Shown here: positions 17,341 to 30,954 of the stretch, piece after piece
Layout of the letters: the number at the start of each line of letters is the position of its first letter
Numbering within the stretch: the stretch's first letter is position 1
Assembly (NCBI GenBank): GCA_951406725.2
Contig: OX597816.1
Span: forward strand, 137,578,001 to 137,642,000
Origin: Octopus vulgaris
Taxonomy: Eukaryota
Reading direction: 5' to 3'
Length of the DNA: 64,000 bases
Notes under the pieces: generated by a model
What the model saw: only the letters and a program-made list of their open reading frames with translations
The model's database searches: none
Told to the model about the DNA's origin: nothing
Program-made: the position numbers and the translations under genes

Positions 17341-18138
17341 AAAGGAGACAATTTTTTTCTTTTTATCTTTTGACAGTTTTTTTTTTTCAGTTCAAATGAT
17401 GAACATGCGTAGAAATATAAGTGCTGAAAGCATTTTATTCGGATTTGGATTTTTTTTTTAATCTTACAAAAAAATGCAAGTATTTGAAATTTTCAGAGAG
17501 TGGAACACTGAAATAATACTTTCGATACTGAATGCACTATAATTTCTTTAATTGCGCGCGCACAATTCAACCATACATCCACAGATATTGTATACTTTCA
17601 TTGGAACCATAAACTTTTTGGGTCCTGCTTATTTACTTATCTTTTTTTAGCTGTTTCATTAGAAATATACAATATATCTTTATTTTCTGACAACTTCAAT
17701 AGATATTATTAGAAATATACTTCAGCAGTATCCTATATAGTAATGCGGTGTCAAATGTTCTCTTATATGTAAAATCTGCTCGTTTTTAAAATGTCTCGTC
17801 ACATAAATTCGCCTAAATTGCTGCAGGCCAAGAACACTTAGCAGTCATGTGAGAAAGACGCTATCTATATATCTTAGAAAAATTTTGTTTGACCAATGTA
17901 ATTCGATGTCGATATATGTGGGTGGCGTATAAAAATAGTATTTTATAAATGAACTTTTAAATTAAAAAGTCTAATGACGATTTAAAGTTTCGAAATACGA
18001 GGCGCTAATAATGTAAATAATGTAAATATAGGAATGCAAAAATACTATTTAAGTAATGAAACGAGAGTCATTAAAATCGATAACAATATTTCCAATAGTG
18101 AAGCAGATATAGATAGATAGATAGAGAGCTAGAGGGAT

Positions 18139-18177
<39 letters not shown>

Positions 18178-18644
18178 GAAAGAGAAAGAGAGACTTTGAA
18201 ATTAGTAATTTATTTCGTTATATATTTCATAAAGATTAATTGTCACTTCAACATTTAAATTCAATTTGCCAAAATATATTCGTCGCTTTGAGACCGTGAC
18301 CTGTTTACTGACAAAATTCCGTGCTGCATCTATATATATTGTCACTATATTAAAACTAAGCATATTTAGATGTGAAGATTGGTGTGTATTATTTATTCAT
18401 ACCATAACAGGTAAAATGTATATGCACATTGAAGATTAATGAATGATTTTAGAAAAACTCATAAAATCCTGATTCACTGTGTGTTTGATGTCAAGTGATA
18501 CAAAGCAAACTTTATCCTCAAAAACAGTTGTAAGTTCATCTGTGTTACCTTTTAGCAGGTGTTGCGCTTTAGTACAAGTCAACTATTGAAATTAACTTGA
18601 TAATATTCAATTACCAAGTGGGAGCGCTAAGCAGTAATAAGTAT

Positions 18645-18992
18645 AAAGGCAGTGTTATTACCAGTTAGAATACGTTAAAAGCACCTTCAGAGTTGTAAAC
18701 AAACCTTTCACTGTGTTTTATCGTGGAGAATATTTCTCGCTGTAGACAGATGGCGTAAACACACCCAAATCAGCTCGCCGCGCCACCGTCCTGTTTCTGT
18801 GACCAAAGAGGAGATAACCGCTCTGAAATGCTTGCATCTCACAGTCTGGATAGGTAGCGCTGCAAGCTGATGGGAGTATATTTACACCATTTGTCTACGG
18901 CGAGAAATTTTCTTCATAACGAAACACAGTGAATGGCTTGGTAAGTCCGAACGTGCTTTTAGCATATTCGAACTGGTAATAACATTGCATTT
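18645..18992. mobile_element. Old foldback/MITE-like palindromic element
   Basis: 18645-18791 pairs imperfectly with 18848-18992. Confidence 0.7.
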
Positions 18993-19693
18993 AACAATAT
19001 TTAGTTTAATTTCATTTGTAAAAGGTTTATTTTCTTGTTTATAATTTCTTTGGTTTGTTGGTTGATTAATTTCTTTACCCCATATCCTACTCCCATCGCA
19101 ATCTCTTGACGAAACAGATAAGTCCACACATGTATGATGCAGAAAATTGTCTTGAATGTAATCCTCTGAGCTGTATCAGTTGGTGGAAATGTAAGTGAAA
19201 CATTTCTGTTTACAACCGCAGTTCATGATGCTCACCACTTTTCCTATACAAAACCTTGGATTGATCAACCCCAAAATTTAATTCCATGAACCAATATCCT
19301 AAAGATCAAAGTGATGTAGAATTAAAACAACGTGTCCATTTCTGTGTTTCCACAAATATGAAGAGAACAAGAGTGTCTATTATAGTTTCAAGCAGGATCG
19401 TAAGCTAGAGATTAAAGAATCGAAAAACAAATGAGAAAAAAGACAAAAAGTGTGATCTAATAAAGTAACAAGAAAGGGAGGAGACGGGGGTAAATATCAC
19501 GAGGAAGGGCATATAAGGGGTATAATTTGCCCTTCTTTTTTCAAAACACACGCACATACACTCACACACATATATACATATATATGTGAACAGATACACA
19601 TACACTTATATACGTACATACTATGCATATACATGCATATATATACATATACATCATACACATACATACATGCATACATACATACACACACAC

Positions 19694-19736
<43 letters not shown>

Positions 19737-20649
19737 CATACATACATACATACATACTTATACGTAGAGATACGCATACACTTACATACGTACATACTAT
19801 GCATATATATGTATTAATATATATAAATATATATATATACATATACATCATACACATACATACATACAAACATATATGCATGTGTGTGTGTGCGTGTGTG
19901 TATGTGTATGTATGCATGTATGTATGCATGTATGTATGTATAATGGCTCCAAATATTTCTACCGTCAAAACTTTACTCGATCTACTTTAGATCAAATGAT
20001 CAATTAGATCGATGCTGCTCGGGGGGGGGGTTAATTATTTGGTCTCTATCCGATATTTATTATGTTTTTAACACTGCACATTCATAAGGTGTTATTTGAG
20101 AATAAATATTGCAGTAACTGGCTTATCGACTGAGTATATATATTACGAATGATACATAGATATCTATACATTTAGTTTTTTATTTAGTTGCTATAAATAA
20201 CTCGATACAGATGTCTTTTGCATACAAATTTAAACATAGATTCGTGGTTCTCAGAGGGACTTTTCTATGTACGTTGGTATTCATGTATGTATGCATGTAA
20301 CTTATGTGAGTATACTTCTGCGCTTGTACACTTCTACACAGATATACACTCTAAAAAATTACACACACCAGTCTCCATGTGCGCATATCTAAATGCTGAT
20401 ACACTTTTATACTTGCGCATGCACAACAACCCTCCTACTTTCTTATTTCCTCCTATGGCTCCTAACCCCTGACCTTTTTTTCTCATCAGCTTTTCTATTT
20501 TCTCATGCCCTCTAAACTTTTCTCTAATTCACCTCTGGAAACATGGGTGTTTCGATCAACTTCTTTAAAGAGCCCTTATTCAGGGACATTTTGGGCGGAA
20601 TGGTTTGCTCGACATGAAGAAAATTATAACTGGGATCCGCCTGCAAGGT

Positions 20650-20850
20650 CATTCGCTGTTTATCTTGATATGAGATCAGCATGTCACGCACATATGGTTA
20701 TGCTGCATGTGCCTGGTGTACTCTTATCAGACGGGTAAGCATGATGGGTATACTGGATTTCGTATATTTTACCCCAGTGTCACTTTGATGGCATGCACTG
20801 CTCTCTCAGTCAATAATAATAATAATAATAATGATAATAATAATAATAAT
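20650..20850 (+). mobile_element. 3' UTR and (AAT)n tail of an R4/Dong-type LINE
   Basis: Same sequence as 33550-33730, which directly follows an RLE C-terminus. Confidence 0.7.
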
Positions 20851-20851
20851 C

Positions 20852-21035
20852 CTTTCTTCTATCGGCACAAGGCCTGAAATTTCAGAAGAGGGGACTAGTC
20901 GATTACATCGACTCTAGTGCTCGACTGGTACTTGTTTCATCAAACCTGAAAAGATGAAAGGTAAAGTCGACCTCGACAGAATTTGAACTCACAGTGTAAA
21001 GAAGGACGAAATGCCGCTAAGCATGATACTCGGCG
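20852..21035 (-). mobile_element. SINE family B
   Basis: ggcacaaggcctgaaattt...aaagtcgacctcg..agaatttgaactca...gaaatgccgctaagc. Confidence 0.8.
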
Positions 21036-21059
21036 GTAATTGAGAAACTTCTAACAATT

Positions 21060-22692
21060 CTCCCAGCGGTAATTGAGAAACTTAGAAAAACCAGAAGACA
21101 ACAGCATACCGAAATCACCATCCGAAAGCAGACACCAACAGAATATAACAACCCGTTTCAGAAGGAGGTTGTGGCCTACAGAGATAGAGAACCATTATAA
21201 AATAAAAACAGATGGATTAGCAAAAACTTAGAAACAAAAAGTGAAAGATTACTACATGTAATAAAGCAACATGGCAAAAAGAAAACGCTTTCTCTATACG
21301 CAAGGAAGCGACAAAATACAAAACAGAGACAAAGTACATTGATACACTGATCTCGGATGACAATGTAGCAGAAACGGTGAAAGAGAAAAAAATCAACACG
21401 GCAACAAAACTACAAAACACACTGAAAAAGAAATGGAATGAAAAGTCATCCCTTGGCCAATACCCTGCAAGGTTTGGCGGAGAAGCAGTGAGCCTAACTT
21501 AAAGCCAACAGTGGCTCAAAGAAAGGACTGATTCTCGCTGCACAAGACCAAGGCCTGGCCACAAACTACTATAAAAGCAAAATAATGAATCAGGCCCTAA
21601 TACCAAATTCAGAATGTGCAACCAGCACAATGAGACAGTTTACCACATCAGTTCTGGTTCTCCAGTCCTTTTCAAATCTGAAGGCGCAGGCGTGGCTGTG
21701 TGGTAAGAGGCATGCTTCCCAACTACATGGTTCGAGGTTCAGCCTCATTGCGTGGCATCTTTGGTTGGCCTCGGGCCAACCAAAGTGAGTGAATTTTTAG
21801 ACGGAAACTTAAAGAAGCCTGCCGTATATATGTATATGTATATATTTGTATATTTGTGTCTGTGTTTGTGTCTGTTTGTCCCCACCATCATCGCTTGGCA
21901 ACCGATGTTGGTGTGTTTACGTCCCCGTAACTTAGCGGTTTGGTGAAAGACACCGATAGAATAAGCACAAAGCTTTGAAAGAATAAGTCCTGAGTTCAAT
22001 TTTTTCGCCTAAAAGGTGTACCACCATTGCCACAGTCAAAATGACTGAAACAACAGTACACACAGACAGAACCTTTAAAGCCAATAAACCGGATATTGTT
22101 GTGAGAGACCAAAGCAATAAAGTTCGTTTAATGATCGACACAAGCATTCCTTGTGATCATAATATCTCGGCAAAAGGATTTGCCGAATTCAGTAAAAATA
22201 TATATAGACACGATTGAGTAACTAATTGTATTCTCTGAACAATATGGCAACAGTACACCATAAAAACTAACAAGAAATAGTATAAAAATGTGCCAAACCC
22301 GGTACAGGAGACTCACCAGGCTACAATCATCTGGTATATACCTGTTCAGATTGACAAAGAAATAAAAGCTAATTCTTTAACATAATAATCAAAGATTGGT
22401 AGTGGGGAGATGGACGCTGCATACTGATAGAAACTGTAGTCCCTTCTGGCCAAAATATTGCCCCCAAAATAGTGGAGAATTAGTCAAGGCACAAAGACCT
22501 CGAAAATAAAGTATTCAAAATATGGGGCATGAAGGTGGAAACAATACCACTATTGGAGCATTGGGTATGACAAAAAATATATATACGAACAAAAAAGTAG
22601 TAGCTGTTCACGGAGCCTCAACACTGCACACTATTCAAAAAATGTGGCATGCTAGGAACATGCCACATCCTACGCGAAACACTATCAATTCA
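21060..22692 (+). mobile_element. Decayed R4/Dong-type LINE 3' region, interrupted by a SINE
   Basis: Fragments QQWL..GLILAAQDQGLATNYYK, NKPDIVV...LMIDTSIP, IGALG and QK..MLGTCHILRETLSI. Confidence 0.75.
21683..22050 (+). mobile_element. SINE family A nested in the LINE
   Basis: ggcgcaggcgtggctgtgtggtaag...ccccgtaacttagcggtt...agtcaaaatgactgaaac. Confidence 0.85.
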
Positions 22693-23173
22693 TTAGAAAA
22701 TTACTATTTGTAAATCTCACGACAGATATTCAGCAACAGTACTTTAGAGAAAAGATTGTTTGCCAACATAACATGGCAGTCCTGGTTTAGGACGAATGTT
22801 GCCGTAATTTAGCAAACAATCTTTACTCCAAAGTACTATTGCTGACTATCCCTCGTTGTGAGATTTACAAATAATACTTTTTTAATTTATAGATCACTTT
22901 GAAAACTATATATTTCGAACGAGAATTTGGAAGCGCCACCTCTATCCGAACAGAACAATTATTCTGTGCTGATGAAAGGAAATAACCCGGAAATCGCGAT
23001 ACACAGATATTGTTTTGAGCTGAGTGGGAGTGCTAGATTCCCTTGTTCGAAAATATAAGGATACAGATCGTGTTGTATAGCCAGCTGGAGACGATGTCTC
23101 CTGATGCTAAATTACAGCAACATACATCCTAAACCAGGACTGCCATGTTATGTTGGCAAACAATCTTTTATTC
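22693..23173 (+). mobile_element. Non-coding HHR-bearing insertion (PLE pLTR or retrozyme-like) with 13-bp target-site duplication
   Basis: cactatcaattca at 22680-22692 and 23174-23186; inverted segment 22693-22813; 344-bp unit bounded by gcaaacaatcttt. Confidence 0.75.
22963..23007 (+). ncRNA. Type I hammerhead ribozyme motif
   Basis: tctgtg-CTGATGA-aaggaaataacccg-GAAA-tcgcga-TA-cacaga: 6-bp stem I, palindromic stem III ATCGCGAT, weak stem II. Confidence 0.7.
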
Positions 23174-23468
23174 CACTATCAATTCAATGATATAACCCAG
23201 AGAAAACAATTTACAAACACAAGACGCACTCTATGTGGTAAATATCCAATACCTAACAAGAACAGAACTCGCAGTACACACACCACAACAAAACAAAACT
23301 AATACAGCAAAAGACTGAAATTAGACCCTGTAAGAAACAAACTGGTGCAATGCAATACCATGGATAGTTTGAACTCCCCCCAACAAAAAAGAAAATGCTG
23401 CACACACCCCAGAAACACTGAGGTGTAGGAGGTGATGCAGTACGAATTTGCCTGAAACCATCAAATGT

Positions 23469-23526
<58 letters not shown>

Positions 23527-23544
23527 AAATATAAATAATAATGA

Positions 23545-24233
23545 TGATGGGAGTGACAAATGAAAAGATCCATGGTGGAAAAGAAGAATACAGGCGGGGT
23601 TAGATACGCTCTAGAAGGACATTTCTGTGTTAAACCGAAAAGAAAAGCGAACAAAAATACAGGGCACTGAACAGGAAGTATAATATTGAAAGGAAAGGCT
23701 TGAAAGTGGTAATGGAGGAACTGAAACAGTGCCTCGTTGCAAAGAAAGGAAAGATGGTAAGATACGATCAAAGAATGAAGGGTTACCAACAGAATAGGTT
23801 ATTCAGAGTAGATCAGAAGAGATTCTGCAAAGAAATAAATGGCGACTGTTGATTTCAGATAACATTGAAAATCAAAAAGGTTTTGGAGTGACATCTGGAG
23901 CAAAGACAAGAAACACAAGAAGGATGTTGAATGGCTGCAAGAACTGAAACAAACAGTAGTCTGTCCAAAACAGTCAGAAGTAGTAATTTAAATTAGGGAA
24001 GAGAAGGAAATCAGCAAAAAAACAAACAAAAAAAACAGGCCACTGGAAGGCCCCAGGACCAGATGGAGTTCAAGGCTACTGGATCAAAAGATTTGGTGAA
24101 TGTCATGCACAAATAGCTGCACAACTCAACACCTTGTTAAATCCCGACCAAGTAACACCAACGTGGTTAACATTGGGTAGTTCCCTCGTAGTGAACAGCT
24201 GGCTCCAGCGAGAGAAGCTGTGCAAAGACAATA

Positions 24234-24294
<61 letters not shown>

Positions 24295-24300
24295 GTAATA
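23545..24300 (+). mobile_element. R4/Dong-type LINE fragment (pre-RT and RT N-terminus) plus 3' tail, between (AAT)n tracts
   Basis: EELKQ..VAKKGKMVRYDQR..YQQNRLFRVDQKRF..FWSDIWS..WKAPGPDGVQGYWIK..PTWLTLG. Confidence 0.85.
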
Positions 24301-24594
24301 ATAATTAGCAACAATTACTTGTATAATTTAGCGTTGTGTTTATTTCACATCTAAATTGGAACCGATTAGACAAATCCAAACATTGTCGAATTTGCATAAT
24401 GACAAATTATACAAACAATTTCAATAATATCTTAATGTTAAGGTCTGGTGTAACGGAGTATGGTGATGGTGTTCACAGCCCCGCTGAGACCGCTGAAATC
24501 GACGTGGTTGATGGTCCACATGAACAGTTACAAGGTGACGGCCATTACAATACATATATCCTATTTGACTTACTGTAATATGAATGTTTATACA

Positions 24595-24677
<83 letters not shown>

Positions 24678-24896
24678 ATATATACTTATGTATATATACT
24701 TATATATATATATACGTATATCTATGCATATATATATACATATATGTGTATGTATGTGTATGTGTTATACATGTATGTTTCCAGCTATGTATACATACAT
24801 ACATACATACATACGTGTGTGCGTGCGTGCGCCCGTGTGCGTGTGAAAGAGGAATAGATATAGACGATCAAGAGATAGAGATTGATAGATACAAAG

Positions 24897-24939
<43 letters not shown>

Positions 24940-24943
24940 GAGG

Positions 24944-25007
<64 letters not shown>

Positions 25008-25591
25008 GTCTGTGTGTTTCTTATATTTTGGTAGTAACGATTCTCGCTTTATTGTAATGAATACAGAATAAATTATTTTTCGGCTATATTTTTGTTTGCA
25101 TATTTCAATGTAAAGTGATGATTACTTTTCTTTATTCTTTGTGGCAGATAAATAATAAGGTTTCTCCCAGTTCATATTGTAACTAATTTACTGCTAACAT
25201 CCCCATTGATAATTTCTGACTAAATCATTGTTATTGAGTATATTTCAATTCCATTGAATTTATTACATCTATTAGACACAATATTTCCAGTGGGATATAC
25301 TTAAATCATTTCATTCAATATAGCTTTGAATTTTCTATCATTTGTCAGAGAGAATGATGAGTTAACAAAAATAAAATAGAAAGAATATGAAGATAAATAG
25401 TAAACATTTTAATGGAATAAACAGTGAGTTGTCAGTTCTGGTTTTTACACACTCTAACAATTCATATACAAGTATCATACATACATAACTGCATTCACAA
25501 GTACATAGTCACAGAAGCACACATATTCATGCTGAAAAATCACAGCTTTTTATACACATGAACATACACATATCTGAAAGCCTGCAAATAA

Positions 25592-25680
<89 letters not shown>

Positions 25681-25718
25681 CATATGTATGTGTGTATATA
25701 TGTATATGTGCATGCATG

Positions 25719-25874
<156 letters not shown>

Positions 25875-25942
25875 TGTATCTCTCTCTCCCTTTCTCTCTC
25901 AGTGTACACACACACACACATATGCATATACATATATATATT

Positions 25943-26160
25943 CGAGGGGTTGCAGAAAAATTTCGGGCTTTAAGAGTCTCACGAAAGGCCTGGCTAGAGG
26001 TCCAACCTTCCGAGTTCTTTTACAGGGTTTAGAAAAACTGAAGGACCGCTGCAATAACTGTGTGAATCTGAGAGGGTAATATGCTGAAGCACATCATAAT
26101 TAACTGATCCGCTTGTATTTTCTTTTACCCAAAGACAAGAACTTTTCTGCAAACCCTCGT
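25943..26160. mobile_element. Mariner-type MITE
   Basis: Terminal inverted repeats cgagggg.ttgcagaaaa / ttttctgcaaaccctcg; a second copy lies in opposite orientation at 60825-60970. Confidence 0.7.
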
Positions 26161-26172
26161 GTATATACATAC

Positions 26173-26230
<58 letters not shown>

Positions 26231-26368
26231 TTAGAGAGTATAAGTCCAAACTTACAGGGAAAAATTCAGTTTAGTATTAAATCAAATTTCACACTATAAC
26301 TATATAATATATAGATTAGAGAAAAAACCACTAAGCAATTCAAACATAATTTCTAAAAAATCCCGTTA

Positions 26369-26429
26369 TTACCATATCGGACCCGATTTCAGAGTTAGTT
26401 CATAAGAACCTTCCCTCCATCAGTGATAA
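26369..26429 (-). ncRNA. Type I hammerhead ribozyme motif (CUGAUGG core variant)
   Basis: Minus strand ttatca-CTGATGG-aggg..gttc(ttat)gaac..ctct-GAAA-tcgg(gt)ccga-TA-tggtaa. Confidence 0.6.
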
Positions 26430-26625
26430 ATGCGACAAAGAAATAAGTGAAATACTTACTTATACCCATAGAAGAAGCGAACACTAAGTCATGAGCACTA
26501 TTAAGTACCCCAAATAAATTCAAAATAGAAACTCTCTAGCACACCTCGAGACACGTGCGATTCGAACCGAAAAACTCTCGTAAAGTGAGAGAGTCCGGAA
26601 GTTTCTATTTTGTCTTTTCTTATAG

Positions 26626-26664
<39 letters not shown>

Positions 26665-26668
<4 letters not shown>

Positions 26669-26818
26669 GACAGGCTTCTTCCAGTTTTCGTTTACCAAAT
26701 CTCCTCACAATGCTTTGGTCGGCTGAGGCTATAGTAGAAGGTGCCACGTAGTGGGTCTGAACCCGAAAGCATGTGGTTAGGAAGCGAGCTTCTTACTACA
26801 CAGCCACACATGCGCCCA
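26665..26818 (-). mobile_element. SINE family A, 5' part
   Basis: caggcttcttccagttttcgtttaccaaatc...cttactacacagccacac.tgcgcc. Confidence 0.75.
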
Positions 26819-27547
26819 TAAAATTCTACATAAATATATACATAAAAGTTCACCAAAGAATTTAAATCAATGTGAGTATGAACGCTTTACGGTGAAGCTA
26901 TGTATGAAGAAACACCTATTTGGCCGGCTACACTTGTATTACTATACTTTGGTCATCGTTGGGGAGATCTATAAAATAATTTCGATAAGCAAGGGAGCTG
27001 CTACACGCAATTGCTCGACATCGGGAAGTAGCAGTCACCCGCTTTTTAAACTGCACTCCAGTGCCATCTTCCAAGAAGGTCACAGGCTGGATCTACGAGA
27101 AAATTGCGAGCGTCTGAGTTCACAGCAATAAATCTAAAGGAATGTTCATGGAACGTCACATAAATTTAATTGCCGTAGAGAGCAGAAAGTATAACGTGTT
27201 CGGTTTACACGTTTCATAAAGAGATAAAGGAATTGTTTGCTTTACAGGAATTTCACTTTTTGTATTGTCAGTATAGCAAATAAGAATTTTATAGAACATT
27301 CACGAGCTGTAACCTACAAATTTATATTCAAAATCTTAGCTGTTGGTGTTACAGATACAGTCTGTATTTATACGCTTTTTCTTATGATAAACATATGGCA
27401 TTTCATATTAGATACTTGTGCAAAGGTCTATATGTTGCTTGTTAAATATCTACATTTTAAATAATCCTCCGAAATAGGAAATGAGGCAGAACTATTACCT
27501 CTTACCAGAAACCATTTACATGTGTTAATTGAAACATTTGCAATGAA

Positions 27548-28241
27548 AGCAGTGAGCTGGCAGAATTGTCAGCAAGCCGGGAAAAATGCTTAGAGGCATT
27601 TCGTCCGTCTTTACGTTCTGTGCTCAAATTCCGCTGGTGCCAAATTGCCTTTCATCCTTGCGGGGTCGATAAAATAAGTACCAGTTAAGCAGTGGCCTTG
27701 TGCTTTCGAAACGTGAAACCAATTTAACATTTGAAAGAAGGGTCGATAAAATAAGCATCAACTGAACTCTGGAGTCAATGTGACCGACTTAACCCCTCTT
27801 CCAAAATTGCTGGCCTTTTGCCAAAATTTGAAACCATTTTAACACTTGAAGTGACAAAACATATTTGGTTAAATCAGAAACGTAGTTCCACAGCATGCAG
27901 CGTGGATTGAATCTATAAAATAAGCACTACTTCAGTCATGGGGTCAATAGTACGATTAAGCCCCTCCACTTAATACTGCTGGTCTTGGGGCTAAATTAGT
28001 AATCATTATTTTCTTTAAAGTTTTATCTTTTATATTTTACATGTTTCAGTCATTGGACTGCGGCCGTTTCTGGAACACTGCCTTGACAGGTTTAGTTGAA
28101 CAAATCGGTCCAAGTATTTATTTTTAAGTTTCGTACTTATTCTACTTGTCCCTTTGCCGAACCGTTACGGGAGCGTAAACAAACGAGTACTGGTTAGCAA
28201 TCGGCTGTGGGATACAACCACAACCACTCTCTCTTTCTCTC

Positions 28242-28307
<66 letters not shown>

Positions 28308-28601
28308 TATGTGATGGGATTTCACATAGCTTCCGTCTACTAAATTCACTCGCAGGGTATGCGGTCCGCCAGGGGCTGTAGCAGAATACACTGGTCTCCA
28401 AAGTGCCGCTCTGTGGGACTGGACTCTAAATCATATGGTTGCGAAGCTTATGACTAATATTGAATTTTCATTCTTGATGTTATGAAATGTGTCATGTGGC
28501 CAGAAATTTTGAGTTGGAGATATTGACGATATATTGATGTCAAATTTTGGCGCAAGGCCAGCAAATTCAGGAGAGAGAGAGAGAGAGTGAAAGAGAGAGA
28601 G

Positions 28602-28632
<31 letters not shown>

Positions 28633-29095
28633 AGGTCAATTACACTAACCTAGTGCTCAACTGGTACTCATTTTATGAACCCCCAAAGGTAAAGTCGACC
28701 TCGGCGCAATTTGAACCCAGAGTGTAAAGACGGGCGAAACCCCGCTAAGCATTTTGCCCTGCGTAATCACGATTCTGCTTACGATTTCGTTACTTAACTG
28801 CTACTCAAATTTATTTATCGTGGCGGAAATGGGAGTGAAAGTCTCGTTAGATTTGAACTTATGATAAGCAGACGTAACTAATTTTGTTTTTATAATTTTG
28901 GCAGGAGGGCAGTAATTTGAATGAATGGGGCAAACGGATTACATCAATCCAAGTACTTCACTGGTGCTTATTCTATCGATCTATAAACGGTTAAAAGTTA
29001 TAGTCAACCTTGGTGAGATTTGAACTCAGAACGTAAAGAAATACTGTAAAGCATTTTTCCGATTTTTCTACAATTGTACCAGCTCTTCGCCTTAG
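27548..29095. mobile_element. Cluster of decayed SINEs (B at 27548-27840 +, A at 28025-28450 -, B at 28545-28780 - and 28895-29095 -)
   Basis: Family-diagnostic motifs gagctggcagaa, ggggtcgataaaataagtaccagtt and tttcagtcattggactgcggcc. Confidence 0.75.
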
Positions 29096-30537
29096 CCATA
29101 AGCTAAACTAAACAACTACTTTTACAAAACATGTTATCAGGTGCCCTGACGGTTTTAGTAATCCAGCGCCCGTGTTGAAGATAATGACGACGACGATGAT
29201 GATAATAACGAGGATGAAAAAGCAGTTGGTGTTCTTGTTGCTGTAGTAGTAGTAGGGGTGTGATGGTGGTGATGGTAGTAGCAGGGGCAATATAAAATGA
29301 AAATAATATAGAATCCGTTATCTGATTTGATGAATTTGTGTGTTGAAAGAAACCGAATAGAAATTAAGAACCAGGATGTTATGTCACTGAAAGTGTTAAT
29401 ATGTTTGATTGCCAGACAGTTTAGACTGAACCTCTTTAATATTATAATTCACACACACACATATATATATACATACAAAGATACATATATATATGCATGT
29501 ATATATGCCTATATGTACGTAAATTGAGAGAGGAGGAAAGGAAGAGAGAGAGCGCCTCTAACATGTCAGTATGATAGTTCTAATCTAAATGACATCATGG
29601 CGATTTATCTGATTAAAATTATACAAGTTTGCCGGCTGATCATAAATTTCTCTGCTAAATACTGTTTAATCTGCCACTGACATTCCATTGTCAATGCTAA
29701 GTAAGAACACGGTGCCAGTCTTGTACAGTTGGGAATCCGAACAATCTTTGGAATTTGGCCAAGATCCATTAATCAATTATAAAGAAGAATAAATACAGAA
29801 GTAAAATGTCTATTTGTTAGCTGGAGTAAAGTTAATTTAAATTCATTTTCTGGTCTAGGTGAGTATTAAAGCCTTGACGTGTCCATCGATAAGACAACAT
29901 ATGGTTTGGACTAAGGATAACAATCAATTTACACATACACATGTACGTACATAGGTTTATATGCACATATGAATACACACTTGCAGACATGCACACATAT
30001 TTATACATGTATCTATATATCTCTATATGTACTTAAACATCTCTATATGTATTTAAACATCTCTTTCTCTCTCACTTTGGTTTAGATTCTCATTTCTAGT
30101 AACTCATTTTCTTCTCTGCTATCAGCGTGTGTGCGTTCGCGTGAGCTTTCATTGCAAGGCAAATTTTCAAGATGAGGAAGGGGAAACAAATTTTTTAAGA
30201 TGAGGAAGGGCAAAAAAATCTTTTTCCTTTCCTATATATATATATATATAAACTTACTTGGAGGAAACGAAACGAAACGAAACGACGCGAGGGCGCTCAG
30301 TCATACAATAGTGTAATAAATAAAATATATGCATACATACATATATGTACGTACCTACATCTACATGTATATATACATGCATATATAAATATATATACGT
30401 GAGTACAGGACACCACAAATAGACATAGAACTCAACGAGAAACGAAAACGTAAAAACAAACATGGAAACGGACCTTTTTTTAACAACACAAGGAAAATTC
30501 CCCTTCATCAGCTGTCCCTAGTACGACTCCATGCGTG

Positions 30538-30573
<36 letters not shown>

Positions 30574-30885
30574 TTTATGCATATTTCTATGTCGACATGT
30601 GTTTCTTCTTATCTCATTTTCCGTGTGCCAACAAATGTGGAAATATAAAAGTATGGTAGCGTGCGCGTTCGTACTCATACACACAGACACACAGACATAC
30701 ACATATAGTCAAATACAAATGTGAGCATACATATATGCACAATGCACATACATATGAAGGTACATATATATAATATTCTTAGAACAAATTATCTGACGTT
30801 ATAGTTACAGGCAGTGAATTAGTGTCGAAATTCAAGAGCCCTGATTGGACATATGCATGCACGCACACTCGTACATAGACATAGA

Positions 30886-30954
<69 letters not shown>

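Noticed and set aside
30490-30545. Minus-strand CTGATGA with upstream GAAAC..GTC as a hammerhead
   Set aside because: I could not form stems I and II consistently; at most a rearranged relic.
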